Part shown: one piece after another, positions 1 to 12,093 of the stretch
How positions within the stretch are numbered: position 1 is the first letter of the stretch
How the letters are laid out: each line of letters begins with the position of its first letter
From: Ministeria vibrans ATCC 50519
Lineage: Eukaryota > Protista > Filasterea
Length of the DNA stretch: 64,000 nt
Assembly: GCA_943704425.1 (NCBI GenBank)
Contig: CALSCP010000216.1
Coordinates: 1 to 64,000 of the forward strand
Reading direction: 5' to 3'
Program-made: the position numbers and the translations under genes
Notes under the pieces: model-generated
Seen by the model: the letters and a program-made list of their open reading frames with translations, nothing else
Told to the model about the DNA's origin: nothing
The model's database searches: none

Positions 1-324
1 TATATATATATATATATATATTGAGAGGGACATAAGGCTCTGCCAGCACAAGGGCCGGCACTAGGTGGGAGGAGCAAGCTCAAGGACCTTTTGGAATTTG
101 GGGGGAGGCGGTTAACTATTATTCATTATCACTTTACGATTGGTTGAATACAATTTCAATTTGTATTGGAAACTGAAACCGAAACATTAAAATAATTAAA
201 CACGTCATCAGCCATGTACTTTTAATTGTAATAATGATGGAGGGTTTTATTTGAATTTATTAATATGTGAAATGTTCATTTGAGCAATGAGCAAAAAAAA
301 AAGAAAGAAAGGAAGAAAATGAAA

Positions 325-528
325 CTATACAAGCAACATACACTCACCCAGGTAAGTGGTCATGCGGCCTTCGTTGTAGGGGCAAGCGTCGCTCTCCTTG
401 GTAGCGCGATCCAGGCTTTGCAGGTTATCAGCACTGAGTGGCAGACTCTCAAAGCGCTTTCCGTCACTCAAGAAGAATACTCTGCCACTGGGCTGTCTGG
501 CCATACTCAAGCGCAAGCGACTAACAGT

Positions 529-600
<72 letters not shown>

Positions 601-712
601 NNNNNNNNNNNNNNNNNNNNNNNNNNNNNNNNNNNNNNNNNNNNNNNNNNNNNNNNNNNNNNNNNNNNNNNNNNNNNNNNNNNNNNNNNNNNNNNNNNNN
701 NNNNNNNNNGAG

Positions 713-764
<52 letters not shown>

Positions 765-986
765 AAGTGATAGAGAGAGAGAAACAAAGTGTAAGGGAGT
801 AGGCAAGAATCGCTCAGACAAACAAGAGTACCGATAGGATCGGGGGGTGATGCTCTCAATAGTGCTCTTGGTGAATCGCCACGTGTCGATGACTGCACGA
901 TCGTTTTTGCTTGCCGTGTTGCTACTGTGTTTGTCTTTCCAGCTGTCTGGGACTGAGCTGATCTCAATACCTGAAAATTACAAGCA

Positions 987-1035
<49 letters not shown>

Positions 1036-1463
1036 GAAAATAAGAAGGGCGCGTTGAAATCATTGGTTTAGTAGTATTACCGTTGGGTGAGATGATGATG
1101 TGAGCAAGATCCTGTGATTCAATAGGCGCCAACACGTCACTCGGAGACAGCTAGTTGAACAACGAACAAAGACAAGAGAAAGAGAGAGAGAGACACACAC
1201 ACACACACGCACGCACGCAAGGCAAAATGGAAATGAGAACGGGAGAGGGCGGGACGGTCGAAGGGTACCCGTTGGAGCTGTGTGGACGAGCGGTCGCGTC
1301 CCCGTCGACTCAACCGCGACACAATGTTCGAAAGACCCTTTTTCTTAGGCGGAGGCGACCCAAACGCAACAATGTGTTTGAACACCTGAAAAGAGGGCAA
1401 AAAATTAATTTTGATGTTCCCTTGAAACAAAACACTAATACAAAATTGCCTCTCACTCGATAT

Positions 1464-1555
<92 letters not shown>

Positions 1556-3071
1556 TGTACCTCTGCAACGCCTTCGGATGTGAATGCACTCGTCTCAAAG
1601 TAGAGCATTGGCACGGGGTTTTTGTCGTCGGTAAGGGTCTCAATGGCCTTAAGCACTGTGTCCTTGTCCATGGCCCGCACCTGTCTCCCATGATCAATCA
1701 ATTCTGTGTAATTCCATTTGTTTAGTTTTCTTCATATACGCGGCTGAATTCTTCTTCTTAGTTCTTACGTGTGGATGCGTCGGAACGGTCGGGTGAAATT
1801 AAGTCAATTTGAGTGCCGCAGATGATGATGGGGGCAGAGGAGAGAGAGCGGATTTCAGGAATCCATTTTCGCTTGACGCGCTCAAATGTTGCCTAGCAAG
1901 CGGAATAAAGAGAGAGCAGAGAGGGAAGCAAAAGGAGAAAGAAACAAAAAAAAAAAAAAGAGAGAGCGAGAGAGACAGAAGGGAGAAAGAATCAAGGTGA
2001 TAGAGAAAGAGAGATGAGTAGAGCGTCGCGGGTGGCGAGATGTACTGACCGGCGCCATGACACTGAAACACACAAGAAACACATCCGCAGTGTACACCTA
2101 AAAGAAAGGATGTCATTGTTCCTTTTTCTCTCTCACACACATGCACATACACATGCATACACACTCTGTCTCTCTGCCTCAGCCTTCCGCGTTCTCCGTT
2201 CGTCCGTACCTTCTCTTCGACACTTTCAAAGTTACACCCACTGCCAAACTCAAGTATTGATAATTGCACCGGCTCGGCACCACGGAGCGCCCACGTCGAC
2301 TGGAAGACATGTAGCACCGTTGCATGATGGCACTATGAAAGGACAAACTGGTTCAGAAACACAAAACTGACGTCGGAAATCGAGAAGTTAACAAGAGGGA
2401 TCAATCGAGAGAAGCGAGGTCGCGAAAACATCCTCATACACCCCAAACATATATGGTGCGTCCAATGGTACCATTCAAAGAGTAAGTTTCGCGCGGCAAA
2501 AGGGAGAAGAGACAAGCGAAAAAAAAAAAGAGGGGCGACATCGAAGGAAAACCACTGTGGATGCATCTCATCGTGTGGAGTGCAGACGGAGTTGCAAATG
2601 ACGCGACACGACACGGTGCGGCAGGGGTGAGGTCGTCGGATCGCCAGGGAGCGCAGGCAGAAGGCAGCAAGCGAAGCGTCCTGAATGACCCATCAAGACG
2701 GGGGGCAGGGCGGGCGGCGGGGACGCCACGATGGCCCATACGGACACATGGGTGATGCGTAGGCAGGCAGACTGTGGTAGATCGTATTGCGGGCACGTCA
2801 AAAAAAGCGACACAATTTCAGTAGAGCAACACATCGCAAATACAGACGACACACACACTCGCAGGGAGACGCGCATGCGCCCCAGTCGCGTGGGAGAGCC
2901 GCTCGCACCCGTTGCGGGTACAGCGCGTGCAATCCGCATAGGATGGATGAGCCGGATGGGGTTTTTTTTGGATCTCACCTCAGGCAAAGATCTTAAACCG
3001 AAAAACCCACTCTTTAGTAAGCATGTCTTGCCGCACGCATCGCCGACAACGACGCAACGCAGGGTGCGCAT
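325..3071 (-). CDS. Atypical Rho/Cdc42-family GTPase with C-terminal extension (multi-exon; region between exon 1 and the 2333 exon unresolved; 3' end uncertain)
   Basis: Spliced exons read MRTLRCVVVGDACGKTCLL, VYTADVFLVCFSVMAP, ATFERVKRKWIPEIRSLSSAPIIICGTQIDL and YFETSAFTSEGVAE|VFKHIV, matching Rho G1, G4 and G5 regions. Phase-compatible exons continue at ~1081-1150, ~831-970 and 325-521. Confidence 0.78.
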
Positions 3072-3368
3072 GAGACCACAGACAGGAAAAACGTTGTTAA
3101 TAGATTTCTTGTTGAATAATGAATGACGAACGCTGATTAAATTGTTCTACTTCAAGGAGTCAGCAAATTGCTGTGAAACCAGTTGACTTGTATTAAAATA
3201 TATATTTTCTTATGTGTGGGTCTATGGGTGCTCCATCTTCTTGGGGCTAGTCTATGGCGGAAGCATTGTACTTTTTATTGTATTATATTTTCGTCTTCTT
3301 GAGTAAACTTTCCATAAATTAACTGGCACTGTGTGAAACGGATATCGGGTTTGTTTATTCACGTAGAG

Positions 3369-3533
3369 CTACGAGAACTCAAGACCAACTGCAACGCCGA
3401 GTGAGACGACATAGAGTACAATCAAAAAGATTCCGTATTTTCTAGAAGACCAAACAAACAATCAAAGTCAGCAGAAATAGAGTCATTGAAAGTCGCGCAA
3501 GAGAAGGGAAAGAGAAATGATGGGGAAAGAACA

Positions 3534-3570
<37 letters not shown>

Positions 3571-6500
3571 TGGTATGTGTGTCTTTGTGGTATGTGTGTG
3601 TTTATGGTGTGTGTGTGGGTTTGTGGTGTGTGTGTGTGTGTGTGTGTGTGTGTCTTTGTGGTGTATGCGCGTGTCTTTGCAAGATTATATATATATATAG
3701 GAAGAGCATCGATCAGCTGTACCTGCCTGTCCTCCACTTGTTGAGAGGCACAAAGACGGCAGTGCAGGCAAGGGAAGCTATGAGGAAAATGCCGTCGACA
3801 AAAAGCTGGCTGTTGCTCTCAAAAGGGTAGCTGTGAGAGGAAGAGCGGAGGGTCGCAATGAGACAGGAGATGCCAATGCCCAACAGCATGTTCATCAGCG
3901 GACCGCCGTAGCACGCGCCAATGGCCATGTTGGGATAGCCATGTCTGAAGAGGAGATGGAGAGAGAGAGAGACAAACACTGAGTACACAGACACGCGACA
4001 ATAATCCGACTACACAAATGCACATACCGAGCCATCGTGGAGTCAGACACAGTGTCACCAATGGAGTTGCCCCATGCAAGTACGGTCAGACCCAACAGTG
4101 CCTCACTGATGTGAAACATCAGCCCAAACGTCTGATGAACAAAACACGAGTAAGACTGGAAACGACGGAAGGAGGATAATATATGAGATACCTGTAGAAG
4201 ATTGACAATCTCGTTGGCAATGGCATAGATCCACACGACGCTCATGAGGAAACCGAGGAAGGCAAACGCACGGTGGAAGGACGGGGAGCGGTGGTGGTGC
4301 GAAAAAGCAACGGCAAGCACAGCAGAGACGCCCCCAATGAGCAGGCAAAGGTCGTACACGGGAAACACTCCGCCGAGGGGCTTCAAACCAGCTGAAAATA
4401 AATAGTGTGTGTGTGTGTGTGTGTATGAGTGTTTGAGAAAGACATTTTTTTGATGTACAGAGAGCGTGTCATAAAATTTCAGTGCGTTCTTAAGTATGTA
4501 TGATTATAGACGAGTGCGACATCATTCGACCCGTGCCATTTTGGTTGTTAGATTGTTTGTGTGTGTCATTGTACCTTTGATGATGAAGACAAACACGATG
4601 GGACTGATGATGAGGTGCAGGGCATTAAGCAGTCGGTTCCATTTCTCATTCTGCAGCAAAGAAAACACACAAACGGGGAGAGAGAAGAAGAAAGAAAGCG
4701 AGAGAGAGAGAAAAAACAAAAGAAAGTGTGAGAGTGTGGAGCCGTGCACAGACAGCAAATTGGCAAGTACCTCAAATTCAGTGTCGACAACGGGAATGGT
4801 CAGATTGAGAATGAGAAGAATAGGCCACTGAAAGACATTGTAGACCTTCCCGTACCACTTGGCCTCTTTAAAGTCATCGTACGACATGGGATTGACTCCA
4901 TTGAGAAAGTGCTCATATTGACTAGGAGAAGGTCACAACGTTAAGAGAGAGCGAGAGAGAAAGAGAGTTTAAGAGAGCGAGAGAGAAAGGAGAAAGAAAC
5001 AAAGTGATAGAGAGGGAGAGAGAGAGAGGAGAAAGAAACAAAGTGATAGAGAGGGAGAGAGAGAGAGGAGAAAGAAACAAAGTGATAGAGAGGGAGAGAG
5101 AGAGAGGAGAAAGAAACAAAGTGACAGAGAGAGAGTGTGTGTGTGTGTGCGTGCGCGTGTGTGTGCGTGCGCGTGTCTGTCTTTAGTCTGTCTTTAGTTC
5201 TTTAGTGTGTGTGTGTGGTGCGCAAAATATAGTGAGTGAATGTATGACTTACGAGGCACCGCCATATGCATCCGACGGCATGACTGTGTTTGTGCCGGGC
5301 AACAGCGGTTCATATCCAGTAGTGCCTTGACACGAACACCGCTCCCAGTCAGTTTTGCCTCCTTGATTTTTTTTCTTTTTTTTGCATCTCTCATTCAAGT
5401 ACCTTGTGTTGATTTGCCTTTGTGTATCTCACTCGTCAACGCACGTGGCTAAACACACCGCAAAAAAAAANNNNNNNNNNTCCCTTTTGTTACGGGTAAT
5501 TTTCAACTATTCAGTGCGTTTGTCTGTCTCAGTGTGTACGGGATCAACAGATACAATGATAAAAGTAAAATAAATACTCTATCGGGAATGTTCAGGTCTG
5601 CACCCAACGAGAGAGTGGATGTGGGACGATGTGAGACACTGTGGTGGCGTGTGATGATATGGTCGTCGTCGGGTGCAGGAGCAAGCACACGCGAGCTACA
5701 AAGGATACTCTCAGAACGACCGTACAAAAATGAATGGAAGAGCTTACGGTGCGTCCGAGAAAGACATGCGGAGAGAGCGGTTGCTGAGAGCACGCGAGCG
5801 CGACTGGAGACGGGCACGGACAGAGTCGGGTGAGGTAGGAGGGGAGTTCGGGGCTGACGTGACTTGGATGACCATGCCTGGGACTCCAAGCGTGGCTGTG
5901 GCAGCGGGAGAGAGACGCGACGACGAAGATGGATCTTGGCTGGCGTCCAAATCGCTCGTGGTGGTGGTGATGGTAATGGAGGACGACCCTGCAGCGTTGT
6001 GGTCGCTATCGGAGGAGATGGCAATGGTGGGCGGCTGGTAGGCAGAGGAAGGGCTGTCAACGTCGACGTTGGCAACCAGCGCTCGCGAGTTGACAGCAAA
6101 GCGCGTGTCGTCATGGTCGTCGTAGGCACGCACCACATGCACCTTGGGCGACTCGCCCGTCGCCGTCACCGACCCACTCTCGTCGGCCACGCTCAGACTC
6201 GCGACCGCCTCCTCCTTGGCCAGTCGTCGCTTCTTCCACGACTGGTACAGAATACGACCACCAATAACCACCCCCACATATATAATGTAGAGCAGCAGGA
6301 AGACGACAGCCTCGGCCAGGTGGATCGTACCAATGTTGATGAGGATGAACGTGAGCACTGTCGCCAGCAGGTAGAATAGAACGTCTCGCATGAAGGGACG
6401 TCGCACCAACTTAAAGTCCGAAATGAGTGACACGATGCCTGTTACAATCGTCGTCACAAACAGCCCCGCTCCAAACAGTTCGCCCACGGCCAGCGCGGCA

Positions 6501-7454
6501 CCATTCTTGTTCGAATTAATCGACGCAATCACACTGAAAATGTCCGGCGCACCATTGCCTGTCAGACAAGATAGAGATGCATTTCAGAATCACACAAACA
6601 AGGGCAAATGCAATAAAACATGTTCACTGGTCGGTACCAAGGGCAAGGAAGGTGACGCCGGCAACATTGTCACTGAGTTTCAACGTGTCCGCAATCACAT
6701 TGAGAGCTGGACAGAAACTACGCAAGCAAGCCGAGTCAGATTTGGTGTTGATTTGGGTTTTCTTACTATTCTTCGGCAGTCACACCGAGAGCTACAAAGA
6801 GAAAGAGAAGCCAGAGGAATTCGATGATCATGGCAGCAGGAACGGCGCCGGGCATGACGCAGAAGGGCAGCTTGTAGTAGTTGATGAAGCCACCGCCCGG
6901 CTGACAGTCCGGCACGGTCGAGACAAACGCACACTTGTCTGCTGCCTGATGAAACGCCTCACACTGCAAACATGCAAACAGCAAACCATTTAGAGCGGCG
7001 TCGGCGAAGAGATGGCGCAGGGAAAGGCAAGCGAGAGCGCGAGGTGCACCAAAGAAGGTTCGGATGACAAACCGCCACTCCCTGACGACACCAGCGCGCA
7101 GACGCGCTGGGCAAACACAAGCCGCGGTATACAACCAACCTACCTGGACCGTGGAGTTGTCGGCACTCTGCAGTAGGCTTCGGTGGATGCTACAGAGAGA
7201 AAGCAAATCAATCGTTATCAATGAATGCTGAAGAAAGAACGCCCTGACGCGTACAAGTCCTGTGCCGGTTCCCAACGCGACGGAAGCACTGCGGGCGGGG
7301 CTGTGCGAGCAACAAACAAGGCGAGTTGATGAGAGAAGAGGACACAACATTTCCTTGGGAGCAGACCATTGATTCTGGAGACGGCCACACGAATGGAGAA
7401 GAATCCCAGCAATGAGACTGCAATGAGGAGTCGTTGCTTGGACCACAACTTCAT
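3369..7454 (-). CDS. SLC8B1: Cation/Ca2+ exchanger, CCX/NCLX family (multi-exon)
   Basis: Alpha-1 repeat (GVTFLALG|NGAPDIFS, GELFGAGLFVTT), alpha-2 repeat GLTVLAWGNSIGD, ACYGGPLMNMLLGIG, N-terminal hydrophobic signal. Last exon KYGIFLIVLYVVSLGVAVGLEFS ends in a stop at 3369. Confidence 0.9.
4990..5130. repeat. Intronic tandem repeat of ~39 bp (gagaaagaaacaaagtgatagagagggagagagagagag), ~4 copies
   Basis: Direct inspection; the core ACAAAGTGATAGAGA recurs elsewhere in the window. Confidence 0.9.
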
Positions 7455-7751
7455 TTGGTTGAAAGAGATAGTATGAAAAATTTATTGAAATTTGAAGTAA
7501 ATGAAGAAGAAGACATCACTCAAGAAGTCTCAACACTCAAAGAGTCAAAGTCTGAAGCAGAGTTAAGACTTAAGACATTCCCCTTTTACCTTTATCCAAC
7601 ACCGCTTTATTCAAATAGAATACAAAGAATTTGAAACAGAAGATATTTCTATTGAAATTTAATTACGTCTTGGTGTTGAGTATTTTGATAGCTTTTTGTG
7701 TTGTCGCTTTTCGTTTTGTGATTGAGAATTGGAAATATCTTCTATTTTCGT

Positions 7752-8312
7752 TTACTTTCCGAGAACATACGAAGCGATTAAAGGAAACACAATGGTTGCA
7801 TCACTCTCGATCATGTACTGCGGTGTGCCTTGCTTCAACTTGCCCCAGGTGATCTACGAAAATTCGAGTCAACAGGAGAATCATAACAAAACGTAAATAT
7901 TACTATTATTTTTGGTACCTTCTCATTGGGCGGTGCACCGGAGTAGCCACCGTACGACGTGAGTGCCTCGCTGATTTGACAGAAGTACTGCCATGTGTCG
8001 ACGGGACGATCCATATCTTGGCGCAAAAGAGGAACAGCGCAAATGGCAAAATCACCCGCAATTCCTACATATAAAAATAACATAATTTGAGACATCGTTG
8101 CGCAGAATTCGGTGTTTAAATGTACCGCCTCCAATTTGGAAGAAACCAATCTTGCTTCCAAGCGCATCTTCCTTGGCATACCACTCGCACAGATGCTCCA
8201 TCTGCTCCACTCCCGAGCACACTGGATACCTTTCAATGAATGAATGCTCGTTCATTTTGACACCGAGTGACATCAGTGTGTGTGTGTGTGTGTATGTGTG
8301 TGTATGTATGTA

Positions 8313-8370
<58 letters not shown>

Positions 8371-9115
8371 GCTTACCCTTTGAGGTTGCCCTTCATCTTT
8401 TCGGCAACAATAATGTTTCCGCACGTACTGTCCTCCCAGCCAGGAACCCACACCTAACCAGACACAGAGGAAGGGAAAACCCAAAGAGATAAAGGAAAAA
8501 GAAAAATTACTGCGCATACATCTTCCTTTTGTGCAGGTGTGTGTGTCTTACCGGAATATCTTTCTCCGTCGCCGCGATAAGCCACGAGTTGACTGGATCA
8601 ATATCGTACGCGTGTTCAAGGGTCTTTTCCCGGATGATTCTGCACGTCGAGTAGAGAGACGAGTGAGATCTGTTGACTCAGCTGCGCACTCACACGCACA
8701 CGCACACACAAAGGCACACCACAAAGGCACACCACAAAGGCACACCACAAAGGCACACCACAAAGGCACACCACAAAGACACACACACACAGACACATGC
8801 AAAAAATACCGCTTGAAGAGATCAACGGGCATGATGCGATGCCCACTGGTGTCCGCCTCTTTCCAAATGCGAATGAGCTCCTTGGCACAGATTTTGAAGG
8901 CCTGCTCTTCCGGAATACACGTATCGGTGACTCGGTTAAAGCCCTTGGCGTGGAGTGCAGTGTCGTCCGCCTCGGAGATGGCACGCCAGTTTGGGATGCG
9001 GTAGTAACTGCAAGGAGGAAGCTGATTTATTTGTATACTCACATACGGAGAACATACATATATATAATATAATATAATACCCCGATAGACTATCTAAGAC
9101 GCAACGACGCACATA

Positions 9116-9160
<45 letters not shown>

Positions 9161-9179
9161 ACACCCACACCCACACCCA

Positions 9180-9210
<31 letters not shown>

Positions 9211-9730
9211 CATACAACCCCCCAGCTAGGACCCACGGCGAAGGGCGCCTACCTCTTGTTCGCAATGAGATTGAAGAAGTCCTCTTCGAGGTTGGCAGCC
9301 GTGCATGAGATGGCATGGATCTTGTCCTGACGAATCATTTCGCTCAGAGAGATGCCCAGCTCCGCCGTGCTCATTGCACCCGCCAAAGACACCACCATCT
9401 TCCCGCCCTTGTCCATCAGATCACAGTAGCCCTGGAGGGGAAAGAGGAAAAAAAGGTCCACTCAGAGAAAAACCCACAAAAAACACACAAGACAATATCT
9501 GCCGCACACGGGCAGATAGCGCTCGGTTCGCCAGCAATGGCTCTCACCTGAGCGGCCTCCACGGTCGAAGCAGCGTTGAAGTGGCGATAGTTCTTCAACA
9601 TGAATTCCTTGATCAGTCCATCCTTGTTGCCCGCACTGCCAGCTGCCATCGCCGCCGTTCCATGCACACTGCGCCGCATCATCGTCGACACAGATCCAAT
9701 TTTAGTCGCACATGTTGCTAAGCGAAGCAT
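7752..9730 (-). CDS. Bacterial-type deoxyhypusine synthase-like protein (possible homospermidine/aminobutyl transferase) with putative mitochondrial presequence; about 8 exons
   Basis: NYRHFNAA, LAGAMSTAELG, ISCTAANLEED, NRVTDTCIPEE, FQIGGG|IAGDF and YGGYSGAPPNEK|ITWGKL (catalytic Lys retained). N-terminus MLRLATCATKIGSVSTMMRRSVHG. Confidence 0.9.
8708..8780. repeat. Intronic 13-bp tandem repeat (acaaaggcacacc), ~5 copies
   Basis: Direct inspection within a DHS-like gene intron. Confidence 0.9.
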
Positions 9731-9947
9731 TTTGAAGACAAACGACAAAAATATTTTCGTTTGAAAAATCAAAATTGAAAATTGAAATTCTGTCAAATTC
9801 AAGTCGGCGTTTTGTTTTCTCTTTCACTGATTCTAGAAATTACTAATTAGAATCTAGAATTCACTCTTTTCGCTCGTATTCCATACATATACATACATCC
9901 CTACTCCGTTGGCTCACCTGCACATACTCAGCTCTAAGCAAACACAA
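9731..9947. promoter_or_regulatory. Putative bidirectional promoter between the DHS-like and SpeD-like genes
   Basis: 217 bp AT-rich interval between divergent start codons, with repeated aaattga. Confidence 0.6.
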
Positions 9948-11858
9948 ATGTATGCAACTCATCCTCTTCAAAAATATAAAAATCGTTAGCGTCAACGTCC
10001 CTGTGCGCACTCGCTGATGCACCACCTGTATAGTTCCACCCACACGATCCGCTGCAAGCGCATCCTCCATATTCGTTGTCATGTGATTTTTTTTGAAAGC
10101 GTTTTTTTTTTGTTTGAAATATCGTGTGAAATCACATCCGTCCCAAGTGAGCAGACGCCGCAATTGCCGCTGCCCTACCCGCATTTGTCTGTGCATACGC
10201 TCTACGCTGTTTTTATGTGTCACTCTTTGCCATTTTCGTCCCTTCCGGCGGCTTTTGTGGGTCGTTTGTGGTTAGGTGCGCCCGCACTGCATTGAGGCAC
10301 CCGCCTCGCTTCGTCCGCGCCCCTTTCACGCTGCCGCATGCCCGGTGTTGACGATCACGCCTACGTTGACTCTTACATATCTCTTTCTTCGCTTCTCTCA
10401 GTCGATTTGTTGCACTCCTTTTTCTTCTTTTTTTTTTCTTCTTCCTTCGTTCCCTTCTCTTTCGTCGCCTCTGGCGCCAGCTGTGCTGTGAACCAACCGA
10501 CGCCGGTGTTTGATGCCACTTACTCGACCGTGTCTCTTCTTCTCCGCAGGGCTCAATCGTGTGGAAAGCACGTCTTTCTCGACTTGCATGTCGACGGACG
10601 CATTGATTGCACTGGCGGCGAGGCGGACGACATGGGCTGGCTCATGTCGACGCTGAGTCGGCACATTCAACGCACGCGCATCCGCATTGTTCACCAAAAG
10701 AGCTTCCCTTACTACACAGTCGATGAGGATGGAAAGGCGGGTGCCGTTGCAGGGTTCTCGGGCATTTTCTTGTTGGACGAGAGTCACGCCAGTGTGCATG
10801 TCGCTCTCGACACGGGTATCGCACACACTCGCCTTGCACACAGCATGTTGCGCACTTACCCTCTCCCCACGGCAATCACTCTGATGCTTGTTTTTCCTCT
10901 TTGACCGTACAGGCTCGGTCATCTTTGATGTGTTTACCTGCGGTACCACCGACCCCGTTGTCATTGTCGATGGCGTTCTTTCCGACGTGCGCGAGCGCTT
11001 TGGTGCGTGCGCGACCGTCCTGCAACGGCACCAGACCAACCGTTTCTTTGATCGTATTCAACCCATTGGCAACACAAGTGTGGCGGGACCATTGCCTGTT
11101 GCTGAAGGTACAGTCCCCCCTCAAAAAAAAACTTTTTATTATGCAGAATTTATTTCAATTTCTTATTGTGTTCTGACCTTTTCGTTTGGCTCCTCCGTAG
11201 TTATGTGTATTGGAGGACACACATTTATGGATGTGACTGGATTCGTGTTCCCGACAGTGAGCCAAGGACCGTGGCTTATTGAGCGCATGCAGACGCACCT
11301 GACGGCAGCCCTGGCGGCAGAGCGACCCTCCGACCTTCCCACCAGCTGGGCCAATCTGCCTTCTCCATCTCCCTCTCCCTCTCCTACCAGCACCATTTCT
11401 ACTCCCACTTCATTCGTCAGCATGACTCTCCCCTTGCCCCGTCGCACCACCTCCGTCACCCACCGACAGCTTGTGTCACTGCCCCCGCCCGGCCGTGACT
11501 CCCCGCCTGGCTTTACGTGCTGCTGCATGATTGATGGCTACCACGTCACTGCTCACGCCTACGAAGACATTGGTACGCCACCCATATCGAATTTTTGCAG
11601 TGTTTTGCACGGGCAATAACTATAAGAATAACCCTGCATTGCTCCTTCTTAGGTCTGCTTGCTATTGACGTCCTGGTTGACGACAACTGGCGCGCCAACA
11701 GCATTATTGACGCCCTCACAGCCGACCTCAACTCCCTGCCAGGCGTCTCCGTCGTCATGCGGCATGCCGTCGCGCGCCTCAGCTCGTCGACCTCCTACGA
11801 CAACATTGCTGCGCTCGCGACTCTTGCCGCCCCCGCTCCTCTTTATGCCACCGAGTAA
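9948..11858 (+). CDS. Pyruvoyl-dependent decarboxylase with two tandem SpeD/AdoMetDC (class 1B) domains; domain 1 has the E|S cleavage site, domain 2 is degenerate
   Basis: Exons approx. 9948-9949, 10550-10815, 10913-11108, 11201-11572, 11653-11858. Domain 1: GKHVFLD...GFSGIFLLDESHASVH...IFDVFTCG. Domain 2: GGHTFMD...PPGFTCCCMIDGYHVTAHAYEDIGLLAIDV. An alternative in-frame ATG lies at 10338. Confidence 0.85.
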
Positions 11859-12093
11859 ACAAACAATTATGATTTCCATCGAGTCATTGGAATGCCGATG
11901 AGCTTCATAATTCATTTATTTTCGAATTGCTCATACCCAATTGTGGAACAGAGTCAACAGACCAAGCTCCAAACTCATTTGACATTCTCTCTACTCTTCA
12001 GTCAGCAGTCATCGGGTTCACTGACTTTCACACAATTAATTTTAATATTAATTTTATTTTTTCCTCTCTATCCATTTTTTTTGATAAGATAAG

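Noticed and set aside
1746-1770. A ~25-nt micro-intron in the Rho-like gene
   Set aside because: The downstream acceptor near 1703 gives a normal-sized intron that keeps the frame.
4990-5130. Regularly spaced repeats as a CRISPR-like array
   Set aside because: The units are directly tandem with no unique spacers, the context is a eukaryotic intron, and there are no cas genes.
10010-10030. CGC-TGA-TGC-ACC resembles an antizyme +1 frameshift site
   Set aside because: No antizyme ORF1 or ORF2 around it; it lies inside the inferred first intron of the SpeD-like gene.
9950-10549. TPP riboswitch in the long first introns (here and at 49975-50565 and 51155-51546)
   Set aside because: No CUGAGA and ACCUGAU core was found. 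The 10-mer cgcccctttc shared with the SiR intron is within chance expectation.
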